The translations under genes were made by a program, and so were the position numbers. A DNA stretch of 43,030 nt, from assembly GCA_034414335.1 (NCBI GenBank), contig DAOUMB010000004.1, forward strand, positions 1 through 43,030, written 5' to 3'. Origin of the DNA: Dehalococcoidia bacterium (lineage in GTDB: Bacteria > Chloroflexota > Dehalococcoidia > GIF9 > AB-539-J10). Under the pieces are notes generated by a model. It was not told the DNA's origin. It did no database searches and saw only the letters and a program-made list of their open reading frames with translations. The stretch's first letter is position 1. Each line of letters opens with the position of its first letter. This document shows, piece after piece, positions 17,549 to 25,480 of the stretch.

Positions 17549-17878
17549 CTATTTGATGACCCTTTCTTCAACAAAGACGATGATGAGTTGCCGGAGTTCT
17601 AAGAATGCGTCCAGGATGGTGCGCCATTCGTCACCAGACTCAGATTGGAGATACTGCCCCGAGCTTTGAAACGCTTGTAAGTCATCCCACCAAACTTCAG
17701 CAATTCCATCGTATGCTGGTTCCTTGTCAGATAACCTTAGGCTAACATTCTGCACGTATTTCTTGACTCCTGGGACCGCTCTCAAAAATAATGGCGCCCA
17801 CTTTCCCTTCCAGTAACTAGAAAAGTCATCCAGCGAGAGTCCCTGCTTCTTCTTGACCAATTCAATTGTCTTAATCAT
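17549..17878 (-). CDS. EthD-domain protein
   Basis: 109 aa. Has a dimeric alpha/beta-barrel pattern typical of the EthD family: MIKTIELVKKKQGLSLDDFSSYW ... DGIAEVWWDDLQAF. Confidence 0.65.
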   Translation of the reverse strand: MIKTIELVKKKQGLSLDDFSSYWKGKWAPLFLRAVPGVKKYVQNVSLRLSDKEPAYDGIAEVWWDDLQAFQSSGQYLQSESGDEWRTILDAFLELRQLIIVFVEERVIK

Positions 17879-18535
17879 ATGTATTCACCTCCTGAAGTCA
17901 TATTTGGAGTCGTCCTCCTGTCACAATCCTTGGGGTGGTGGGCTCGATACCCCCGCTCAGATTGTGCTAATTTGTTATAGAGAAGAAGGTGCATCCCGCA
18001 GCTTGTCTATTTCGACCAAAAGGCTCAATCAGCGCCTTCCGTCACGTACCTTGGCCTTTAGTTCAATCTCCTCAGCCAGCTTAAGGGATATCGGGTTAAA
18101 TACCGTTTTGGATTTCCTGAAGGTCTTCCCGCTAGCTCTGGACAACACTGCGGGAAGGGTATTCCCAGAATATTATGATATCAAGAGCCCTAAAAATGTT
18201 ATAATGACTCTTATCTTCATCAGCTTCAGCAGAAGATCCTCGGAGGAATCCTTAAATTTTGGATTGGGATTAAGGGCACCACTCAAATCCTCTAACTGTG
18301 GCGATTAGCACCTCCTTTGTAGTTTTTTGGGGCTGTGCCTGAAATTCTATCACAGCTTTGTTTACAATTAAATCTGTTGTGCTCGGCTCGTTGTTCTTGA
18401 ACGCTAGCCATTAATTTGCGATGCCAACGCTAAATCGCGCCAGGAATAGACCACTGATAATTACGGCCTTCAGTCCAAACCGTAAAAGCGGTACGGGGCT
18501 AACATTAGGCTTTACTTATGAGGTGAAAATAACTG

Positions 18536-18706
18536 GTGGAGTTGGGGTGACAATAGGCAGAACTTTCAGACTTGTCTTCGCTCTTACTTTCTAGTAGTTA
18601 TCAAAATCTACTTGGGGCATCAAATAGTCGGAAGTATAGGTCAACTGGTCGGTCAGGTGGTCAGTATTCTTCAGTATTCTATTGTAGCCGGAGCCATCCG
18701 TGTCAT
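18536..18706 (+). repeat. Dispersed noncoding repeat, copy B (partner at 10681-10841)
   Basis: See copy A. Copy B also carries a perfect tandem duplication, tcagtattct x2, at 18661-18680. Confidence 0.8.
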
Positions 18707-18828
18707 CTGTTTGATATAGTGCAGCAATCCTTTACACCGAGACTTGATTATCAGGCCATAGCTTATGCTAAAGTCAAACCTGACAATTCGGATATACACA
18801 GCTTCCCCTCGTTCATTTCCAACCATAG

Positions 18829-19509
18829 TCAACTGATAGAGCGCAAAATTAATTTATAGTCTGTCAAATCCCCAAAAAGATAATCGGGAGCTGCCTTTCT
18901 AAGCTCTTCTTGTGAATGGAAGCCGCTGACTACGGCTATGGTAAGGGCATTAAAGTCTTTTCCACACTCTATGTCCTTTAGAGAGTCGCCTATTATGACT
19001 ATATCTTTACCCCGGAACTTCCTCCCTATCAGCTTTTCGGCTTCTGTAACTGCCTGCCTCACCATGTCAGCTCGTGTCTTTACCTCGGTTCCGGCTAGCG
19101 AGAATGCGAAGTATTTATCCAATCCTGTAGATTCGAGGACCGCGCTAACTATTCCTGGTGAATCACCTGTGTATAACACAATCAAGTTGTCGGTTTTGGA
19201 CAGTTCACTCAACAACTTTTTAACTCCAGGTAAAATGTAGCTGGACGCGTCCCGAGGCATGCTTTCAATAAAAATCTGTTCGTAGCGTTCCACCGATTCT
19301 CTGCTTTTTTCTGTGAGCAGCTCTTCCGGCACGCTTTTCAGCCTGCCTAACTCGATGAAGTTTTCGGTCAGGCTCTTACCAGCAAAGTCAATCTCAGTAA
19401 GCCTAGCCTCCACACCAAACATTGTTTTGAATAGCCTACTCACTGCCTTATCATGTATTGTTATGAAGTCCACGAGCGTCTGGTCCAGATCAAAAATCAC
19501 TAGTTTCAT
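18829..19509 (-). CDS. HAD-superfamily hydrolase (phosphoglycolate-phosphatase-like)
   Basis: Motif I at the N-terminus (MKLVIFDLDQTLVD), motif II (LYTGDS) and motif IV (IIGDSLKDIECG). Confidence 0.8.
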   Translation of the reverse strand: MKLVIFDLDQTLVDFITIHDKAVSRLFKTMFGVEARLTEIDFAGKSLTENFIELGRLKSVPEELLTEKSRESVERYEQIFIESMPRDASSYILPGVKKLLSELSKTDNLIVLYTGDSPGIVSAVLESTGLDKYFAFSLAGTEVKTRADMVRQAVTEAEKLIGRKFRGKDIVIIGDSLKDIECGKDFNALTIAVVSGFHSQEELRKAAPDYLFGDLTDYKLILRSIS

Positions 19510-19960
19510 TTTCTAGATTGAGATACGCGAAATTCTATATCACCATTCCTGGCCGCAGCTCTTAAAGGATTTGCTTGTCCTACAATCTTCATCTTTCATC
19601 CGTCAACCGTGGCCCTCAAAATTCTTCCTCGAGTAGCCTATCTGGACCAGTTTTGATATGTATGCTAACACACCCCCTCATAGACGGTCTACCTCAGGCT
19701 TACATCAGCAACCGCCCCGTTACTTCAATTGGATATGTTCGATATTCCAATGCCTTAGCCATCCGCAACAATAAATTGCGGCACCCACAGCTAATATTCA
19801 GTATGGTTACGGATATTGCTTGCTGCCGGATTATTCAATAATTTTGCAGGCGGATGTTGAGAAAAAATTAGCATGATTTTTAAAGGAGGAGCTGAGTCGT
19901 GTCAGTGGCTATCAGCCACCGCAAAAATATCCAGGAGAGCATTATCAGTATGTCAGGGAT

Positions 19961-20206
19961 TTGACCGATTCCAGTATCTTCAGTGGCGAGCGTGCTCTGG
20001 CTACTTTGCTGAAGAAAACGATGACGGATATTGAGGCCTTGGAGACGGGCATCGGCTTCGAGAAAGATTCTATACTCTTTTACTCGGAGCTGCGGGGGAT
20101 GACTCCTGGGCAAGACCAGGAAATCGTAGATATAATAATCAATGAGGAGAAGAAGCACCTAAGTGAATTGACATATTTGGCAAACAAACTTAGGGGTGGG
20201 GCATAA
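19961..20206 (+). CDS. Ferritin-like / rubrerythrin-family domain protein (second half only); start uncertain
   Basis: GFEKDSILFYSEL ... IINEEKKHLSEL matches the second E..ExxH half of rubrerythrin-like four-helix bundles. The frame is open back to 19877 with no ATG, GTG or TTG before TTG 19961. Confidence 0.5.
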   Translation: MTDSSIFSGERALATLLKKTMTDIEALETGIGFEKDSILFYSELRGMTPGQDQEIVDIIINEEKKHLSELTYLANKLRGGA

Positions 20207-20233
20207 CTTCGAGATGGCAAGGAGGAATAATAA

Positions 20234-20821
20234 ATGGTCAGTTTCAATGGAGTAAACCACTTAGCCATGGCTACGGGTGATATGGATAAGACTATACGTT
20301 TCTGGAGGGATCTTCTAGGTATGCGCCTGGTTGCTGGGCTGGGGCAGCCGGGTTACCGGCACTACTTCTTCCAGATTTCGGATACTGATCTTATCGCCTT
20401 TTTTGAATGGCCGGGTGTTGAACCCGTGGTAAAGAAGGAGCACGGCCGCCCGGTGAGAGGGCCTTTCATTTTTGACCACGTATCCTTTGGGGTTGAAACT
20501 GAGGATGACCTGTGGAAACTGAAGGATAAACTGGATGCAGCGGGATTTCTGGTATCGGATGTTATTGACCATGGATTTATTCACTCAATTTACGCTCACG
20601 ATCCAAACGGTATCCCCATTGAGTTCTCCCATAATGTCGAGGGAGTTAACATTAGGAAAGAACCGCAAATGAGAGATAGAGCACCATCACAGATAACGCT
20701 TGAAGGTTCGGAGCCGCAGAGGGGAATATGGCCCCAGGTCACTGCGCCTACTCCGAAATCGGAGCGTATGGTGTATCCTGGTGCTGGAAGTGAGCTGTTT
20801 CATGGCAAGAAAAGCAATTAG
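20234..20821 (+). CDS. VOC-family (glyoxalase/bleomycin-resistance/dioxygenase) protein
   Basis: VNHLAMATGDMDKTIRFWRDLLGMRL and FDHVSFGV ... HSIYAHDPNGIPIEF. AAGGAGG ribosome-binding site. Confidence 0.8.
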   Translation: MVSFNGVNHLAMATGDMDKTIRFWRDLLGMRLVAGLGQPGYRHYFFQISDTDLIAFFEWPGVEPVVKKEHGRPVRGPFIFDHVSFGVETEDDLWKLKDKLDAAGFLVSDVIDHGFIHSIYAHDPNGIPIEFSHNVEGVNIRKEPQMRDRAPSQITLEGSEPQRGIWPQVTAPTPKSERMVYPGAGSELFHGKKSN

Positions 20822-20993
20822 AGATAAGAGCCCGGTCACGGGGAAATCGTATATCCTGTCGCAAAGCAGTGAACCGTTTGAGATCGGCGGGAAGCCGACA
20901 GGCTCTTCCCATAATAGCACCCCCTTGCAAGGGATTTCTGAGGAATACAGATTCTGAAGTCACTCAAGATTTAGATAGCAGCAGAGGTTAGAA

Positions 20994-22013
20994 ATGAAAA
21001 GAGAAGCCATGCTCTATGAGAAACTGGATAACAAGCGAGTTCATTGCTTTCTTTGTGCCCACGAATGCAAGATAACGAATTCCAGATTTGGCGTATGTAA
21101 TGTGCGGCAGAATATCGAAGGGGAGTTATACACTCTGATCTATGGTCAGGTAATAGCAGCTAATATCGACCCTATTGAGAAGAAGCCTTTATACCATTTT
21201 CTGCCTGGTTCAAGCTCCTATTCTATTGCAACTATGGGATGTAATTTCAGGTGCGGTTTTTGCCAGAACTGGCAGATTTCTCAAGTTTCGGAAAAGAACG
21301 GAGTTATCTCTGCTGGGTACGAGCTAGTGCCTAGGCAAGTCGTTGAGGAAGCGAAGAAGCATGACTGTCTAAGTATTTCTTATACGTATACTGAGCCGAC
21401 CATATTTTTTGAATATGCCTACGATTCCGCCAGACTAGCTAGGGAAGCTGGCCTCTTTAATGTCTTTGTGACTAACGGCTATATGACCAAGCAGGCTCTG
21501 GAGACCATCAAACCCTACCTGGATGCCGCCAACGTAGATTTAAAAAGCTTCAGCGAAGCGTATTATAAGAACAGTTGCAAAGCACGCCTGCAACCTGTTT
21601 TGGACTCCATAGTCTATATGAAAGAACTCAATATCTGGGTCGAGCTTACAACATTGATCATTCCTTCTTTGAATGATACTGAGGATAACTTGCGGCAGAT
21701 AGCCCGCTTTATTGCTCAGGAATTGGGACTGGGCACTCCCTGGCATATCAGCCGCTTCTATCCAGCTTATGAGTTGGGGAATCTCCCTCAGACGCCTGTG
21801 GAGACCTTGCATAAGGCACGAGATATTGGGCTTCAGGCAGGACTACGCTACGTTTATATAGGCAACGTGCCAGAAAGCGATGGCGCGAATACTTACTGCT
21901 ATGATTGCGGCGCTCTATTGGTGCATCGCTACGATAGCGCAGTGCTGGAGAATAAAATAGCGGAAGGCCGCTGCTACAACTGCGGAGCGAAAATAGACGG
22001 GGTAGGCATTTAG
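20994..22013 (+). CDS. amrS: AmmeMemoRadiSam-system radical SAM enzyme
   Basis: N-terminal Cys motif (VHCFLCAHECKI..GVCNVRQN), IDPIEKKPLYHFLPGS, the radical SAM cluster GCNFRCGFCQNWQIS, and C-terminal CYDCG...CYNCG. This layout is characteristic of that family. Confidence 0.8.
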   Translation: MKREAMLYEKLDNKRVHCFLCAHECKITNSRFGVCNVRQNIEGELYTLIYGQVIAANIDPIEKKPLYHFLPGSSSYSIATMGCNFRCGFCQNWQISQVSEKNGVISAGYELVPRQVVEEAKKHDCLSISYTYTEPTIFFEYAYDSARLAREAGLFNVFVTNGYMTKQALETIKPYLDAANVDLKSFSEAYYKNSCKARLQPVLDSIVYMKELNIWVELTTLIIPSLNDTEDNLRQIARFIAQELGLGTPWHISRFYPAYELGNLPQTPVETLHKARDIGLQAGLRYVYIGNVPESDGANTYCYDCGALLVHRYDSAVLENKIAEGRCYNCGAKIDGVGI

Positions 22014-22017
22014 GAAC

Positions 22018-22734
22018 ATGGGACAAAAAACAAAAAGGCAGGGTCTGATAGTCTATCAGGAGTATTCTTTCTTTCGGGATCGAGTCGATGCCGGTGAGCG
22101 TCTGGCTGAGAGCCTGGATGAATACCGGGGCAGTGAGATTGTTATCCTCGCTGTTCCCCGCGGCGGGGTGCCAGTCGCTGTGAAGGTGGCTGAAAAATTG
22201 GGCGCACCCCTTGATGTCGTAGTCCCTCGAAAGATCACTATACCTGGTAATCCTGAGGCTGGCTACGGCGCAGTAACCGAGGATGGCACCATAGTGCTGA
22301 ACGAGCCGTTAGTTGCTCGGTTGGGGCTGAGCCAATGGCAAATACAGCGCCAGGCGGAGGAGGTGCGGGCTGAAATCGCACGGCGAGCTGCTATTTATCG
22401 AAGTAAGCTGCTGATGCCCTCATTGGAAGCGAAAACAGCGATTATCATAGCTGATGGGCTAGCCTCAGGTTTTACTATGCTTGCTGCGGCTAAATCGACA
22501 CAACAGCGTAATGCGGCTAGAATAGTAGTCGCGGTGCCAGTAGCCTCCGGGGCAGCCTACGACCTAATCAAAGGAGTGGTTGACGATTTAGTTTGCCTGG
22601 TTATCGCCCGCACTTACGAATTTGCTGTGGCCAGCTTCTATCACAGTTGGTATGACCTGACTGATGCAGAGGTAATCCAGTGGCTTGAAGATTGGCAGAT
22701 AACGCAAGCTGCTGGCACCAGCCAAATCTGGTAA
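22018..22734 (+). CDS. Phosphoribosyltransferase-family protein
   Basis: FRDRVDAGERLA...VILAVPRGGVPVA...LDVVVPRKI and the acidic PRPP loop AIIIADGLASGFTM. Starts 4 nt after the amrS stop. Confidence 0.7.
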   Translation: MGQKTKRQGLIVYQEYSFFRDRVDAGERLAESLDEYRGSEIVILAVPRGGVPVAVKVAEKLGAPLDVVVPRKITIPGNPEAGYGAVTEDGTIVLNEPLVARLGLSQWQIQRQAEEVRAEIARRAAIYRSKLLMPSLEAKTAIIIADGLASGFTMLAAAKSTQQRNAARIVVAVPVASGAAYDLIKGVVDDLVCLVIARTYEFAVASFYHSWYDLTDAEVIQWLEDWQITQAAGTSQIW

Positions 22735-22765
22735 AAGAAATCTCGGAGATCTAGGAAAAACGATT

Positions 22766-23626
22766 ATGGAACAAAGGCCTTTTGGTAAGACGGGAGAGAA
22801 GGTTCCTATCCTCAGCTTCGGTGCTCAGCGCCTTGTTGACGGTCACGGATGTTCTGAGGAGCAAGCTATAAGAATAATCAATCATGCTCTTGATTGTGGG
22901 ATATTTTACTTCGATACTGCATGGGTCTATTCAAATGGTCAGTCAGAGAAGCGGCTTGGCAAGGTAGGCCGACATCGCAGGAAGGACATGTGGATTGCCA
23001 CAAAGGTATGGTCACGACACCGGGACGAGGCCAGGAAGCAATTCGAAGAGAGTTTAACCAGGCTTCAAACTGACTATGTCGACGAGTTACGGATGCACAA
23101 CGTCTGGTCTGTAGAGGAGCTTGATAAGATTACTGCTCCCGGTGGTGCATTAGAGGCAGCAGTCCAAGCTCGTGAAGAAGGTCTGGTTCGCTATATCAGT
23201 ATCAGTGGTCATACCAACCCTCGCGTTCAAATAGAAGCGTTGGAGCGATTTCCCTTCGATAGTGTGCTTTGCGCCACCTCGGTACTCGACCACTTCATTC
23301 TTAGCTTCGTAGAGGAATTCCTGCCACTGGCTAATGCTAGGGGTGTGGCTGTCATAGGCATGAAGATCATGGCACTGGGCAGCCTAGCCCATATGTATGA
23401 CAAGGCACTAAAGTATGCCTTCAGCTTGCCGATCAGCACTGCTGTCGTGGGCATGGAGACTATGGACCAGCTAGAAAAGAATCTTGCCGTGGCCAGAAGT
23501 TATCGTTCACTCACTGATACGGAACGTTTGGAACTGTTTAAGGAAGCATTGCCCATGGTGACGCCTAAGACAATTCCCTGGAAAGCGGAAGTCTGGGATA
23601 ACCCGCTAGAATGGAAAAGGCGGTAA
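22766..23626 (+). CDS. Aldo/keto reductase
   Basis: FGKTGEKVPILSFGA, FDTAWVYSNGQSE, KVW and ISISGH motifs. Confidence 0.85.
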   Translation: MEQRPFGKTGEKVPILSFGAQRLVDGHGCSEEQAIRIINHALDCGIFYFDTAWVYSNGQSEKRLGKVGRHRRKDMWIATKVWSRHRDEARKQFEESLTRLQTDYVDELRMHNVWSVEELDKITAPGGALEAAVQAREEGLVRYISISGHTNPRVQIEALERFPFDSVLCATSVLDHFILSFVEEFLPLANARGVAVIGMKIMALGSLAHMYDKALKYAFSLPISTAVVGMETMDQLEKNLAVARSYRSLTDTERLELFKEALPMVTPKTIPWKAEVWDNPLEWKRR

Positions 23627-23777
23627 TCGCTCGAAGGCGAGAGCTAAGCTAAGTGAGTAAACATCGTAGGGAACGCCAGATGTGGTGAAGAGGCGATGGA
23701 CTAGGAAGTAGGCTCCGATTATGTTATCATTTCATTAGAAGAAAGGCAGGTTATTCTGGCGAAAGAGGGATATAACT

Positions 23778-24074
23778 ATGCCAAATTGCCATGAGATGAA
23801 GGTGGGGAATGTCTACGCGTGTGAAAAATGCGGACTGGAACTGAAGGTCGTAAAGGAGTGCAAAGAGGTTGAGACTGCTCCTGAAAACTGTAGGTGCATC
23901 CCCTACACTTTGGTCTGCTGTGGAGAGGAGATGAAAAGAGGAGTTAAACCTTACATTTCTCATTCTATTTTGGCGGGGAGCGGCTGCTTTTATATTCACC
24001 TAAACACTACCAAGCAATTATTGGGAATAATAGGTATCATCCACCTTGTTAAAAGGAATTTCGCTTATGCCTAA
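23778..24074 (+). CDS. Desulforedoxin-like Cys-rich small protein with a non-conserved-looking tail
   Basis: GNVYACEKCGLELKVV ... LVCCGEEM mirrors the desulforedoxin Fe(Cys)4 pattern (CxxC ... CC), with an extra Cys-containing insert. The last roughly 40 codons are AT-rich and overlap the next gene, so they may not be genuine protein. Confidence 0.5.
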   Translation: MPNCHEMKVGNVYACEKCGLELKVVKECKEVETAPENCRCIPYTLVCCGEEMKRGVKPYISHSILAGSGCFYIHLNTTKQLLGIIGIIHLVKRNFAYA

Positions 24075-24366
24075 CAAAAAGCAGACCAACAAAGCAACTG
24101 GCCAGGGAAACTTCTGGCAAGGGAAAACTCCGTGCTGGGAACTCACAGATTGTCCTGCGCCGATTCATAGCAAATGCCCTTCCTATCGCTACCGACAATA
24201 CCCTTGCTGGGAGATAGAAGGTACCTATTGCAAATGGGTCGAGTGGGGAACTCTTGGCCAACACACTTTAACGTGTCTTATCTGCAAAGTTTACTTAATG
24301 TACGGTAAGGGCCAACGCATTGAGCTAAAGCTCCGAGGGCAAGGTATTAAACTACTCATTGAATAG
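24067..24366 (+). CDS. Stand-alone two-CW-domain protein
   Basis: CWELTDCPAPIHSKCPSYRYRQYPCWEIEGTYC fits the two-CW Cys-rich domain pattern as I recall it (CWE..C...CP...PCWE..GT.C). The start is set at ATG 24067 behind AAAGGAA; the track start at 24046 is less likely. Confidence 0.55.
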   Translation: MPNKKQTNKATGQGNFWQGKTPCWELTDCPAPIHSKCPSYRYRQYPCWEIEGTYCKWVEWGTLGQHTLTCLICKVYLMYGKGQRIELKLRGQGIKLLIE

Positions 24367-24448
24367 ACGTTTGAGTGTCTAGTTCTCTATATATGGAATT
24401 CTTGTCAGGTCTTTGTGACCTAGACCAAGAAAAACGTGAAAGTTTAGC

Positions 24449-25480
24449 ATGGGCATCTTCGTCACTGACAAGATAGACTTTTGCTCTTCTGTCCAGAAAA
24501 TGATTCAGGAGAACGAGGTCCACGGTGTTAAGCGAAAACCACCAGGTTTTGCTTTTGATAAATTGTTGGCCGCCGAAGAGCTATGCCTGGATTATGACGT
24601 TACTATACTCCCCCCAACTCAATATGTCCACCCTGCTAATGAGGCTTTGCTCAAGTTTAGTCTGGAACCAGAAGTAAGTGTTCGTAGTAGTGCCGAATTC
24701 CAAGCTAAGATCATCCTTGGTATTCACCCCTATGACCTGCATGCCGTCAAGCTCCTAGACGCTGTGTTTGCTGGGCACCTAATTGACGTGAACTATCAGA
24801 CTAGGCGAAATGCCACGACTATAGTTGGTGTGGACTGCCTCAAACCTTGGCCATATAGTTTTGCTGCCAGCATGGGGACAGCTATGCCACCGAGAATCTT
24901 TGACCTGTGGCTTACTGACTTGGGTGATGAATATTTGATTGAGCTGGGCTCAACGAAGGGTGAGAGTCTGCTCAACAGGTATCTCAAGATAAGAGGCGCT
25001 AGACAGGTACAATTAAGACAGAGGGATAAACTACGCCGGGAATCCTTAGCGAAATATCAGCTCTCCCTAAATATGCTGCCACAAGAAATACCAGAAGTCT
25101 TGGACAAAGGTTGGAATAGCCCTATGTGGGAGGAGCTTGGGCGAAAGTGCTTTGCCTGCGGTTCATGCACTGCGGTCTGCCCTACCTGTGTCTGTTTTGA
25201 TGTGCAGGACAAAGTGGAGCTGAATCTGAGAGGGGGAGAGCGATATCGACGTTGGGATAGCTGTATGTTCGAGGCTTTCGATAAGGTGGCCAGCGGTGAG
25301 AACTTCAGACCTACTGGCCCCGGTAGATTGAGGCATCGGTTGTATCGTAAAGGTAAATACATGTTGGAGCGCTGGAGGGAGCTTGGGTGTGTCGGATGTG
25401 GGCGGTGCGTACACGCTTGTCTAGTTGATATCGCTAGCCCAGTGTATGCTTATAACCGATTGGCCGAAGAGGCAAGATAG
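24449..25480 (+). CDS. hydB: Group 3b [NiFe]-hydrogenase beta subunit (4Fe-4S protein, AsrA-like)
   Basis: Two ferredoxin-type clusters (CFACGSCTAVCPTCVC and CVGCGRCVHAC) and its position as first gene of the four-gene operon. Confidence 0.8.
   Translation: MGIFVTDKIDFCSSVQKMIQENEVHGVKRKPPGFAFDKLLAAEELCLDYDVTILPPTQYVHPANEALLKFSLEPEVSVRSSAEFQAKIILGIHPYDLHAVKLLDAVFAGHLIDVNYQTRRNATTIVGVDCLKPWPYSFAASMGTAMPPRIFDLWLTDLGDEYLIELGSTKGESLLNRYLKIRGARQVQLRQRDKLRRESLAKYQLSLNMLPQEIPEVLDKGWNSPMWEELGRKCFACGSCTAVCPTCVCFDVQDKVELNLRGGERYRRWDSCMFEAFDKVASGENFRPTGPGRLRHRLYRKGKYMLERWRELGCVGCGRCVHACLVDIASPVYAYNRLAEEAR

Noticed and set aside
17853-18308. Plus-strand 151-aa ORF overlapping the start of the EthD gene
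   Set aside because: It has a low-complexity Ser/Leu-rich translation and no ribosome-binding site. It begins inside the EthD gene on the opposite strand.
10681-18706. Repeat pair as the template/variable repeats of a diversity-generating retroelement
   Set aside because: The six mismatches in the conserved core are c/t, g/a, g/c, c/t, g/a and g/t, so they are not confined to adenines of one copy. No reverse transcriptase is present, and neither copy lies inside a gene.
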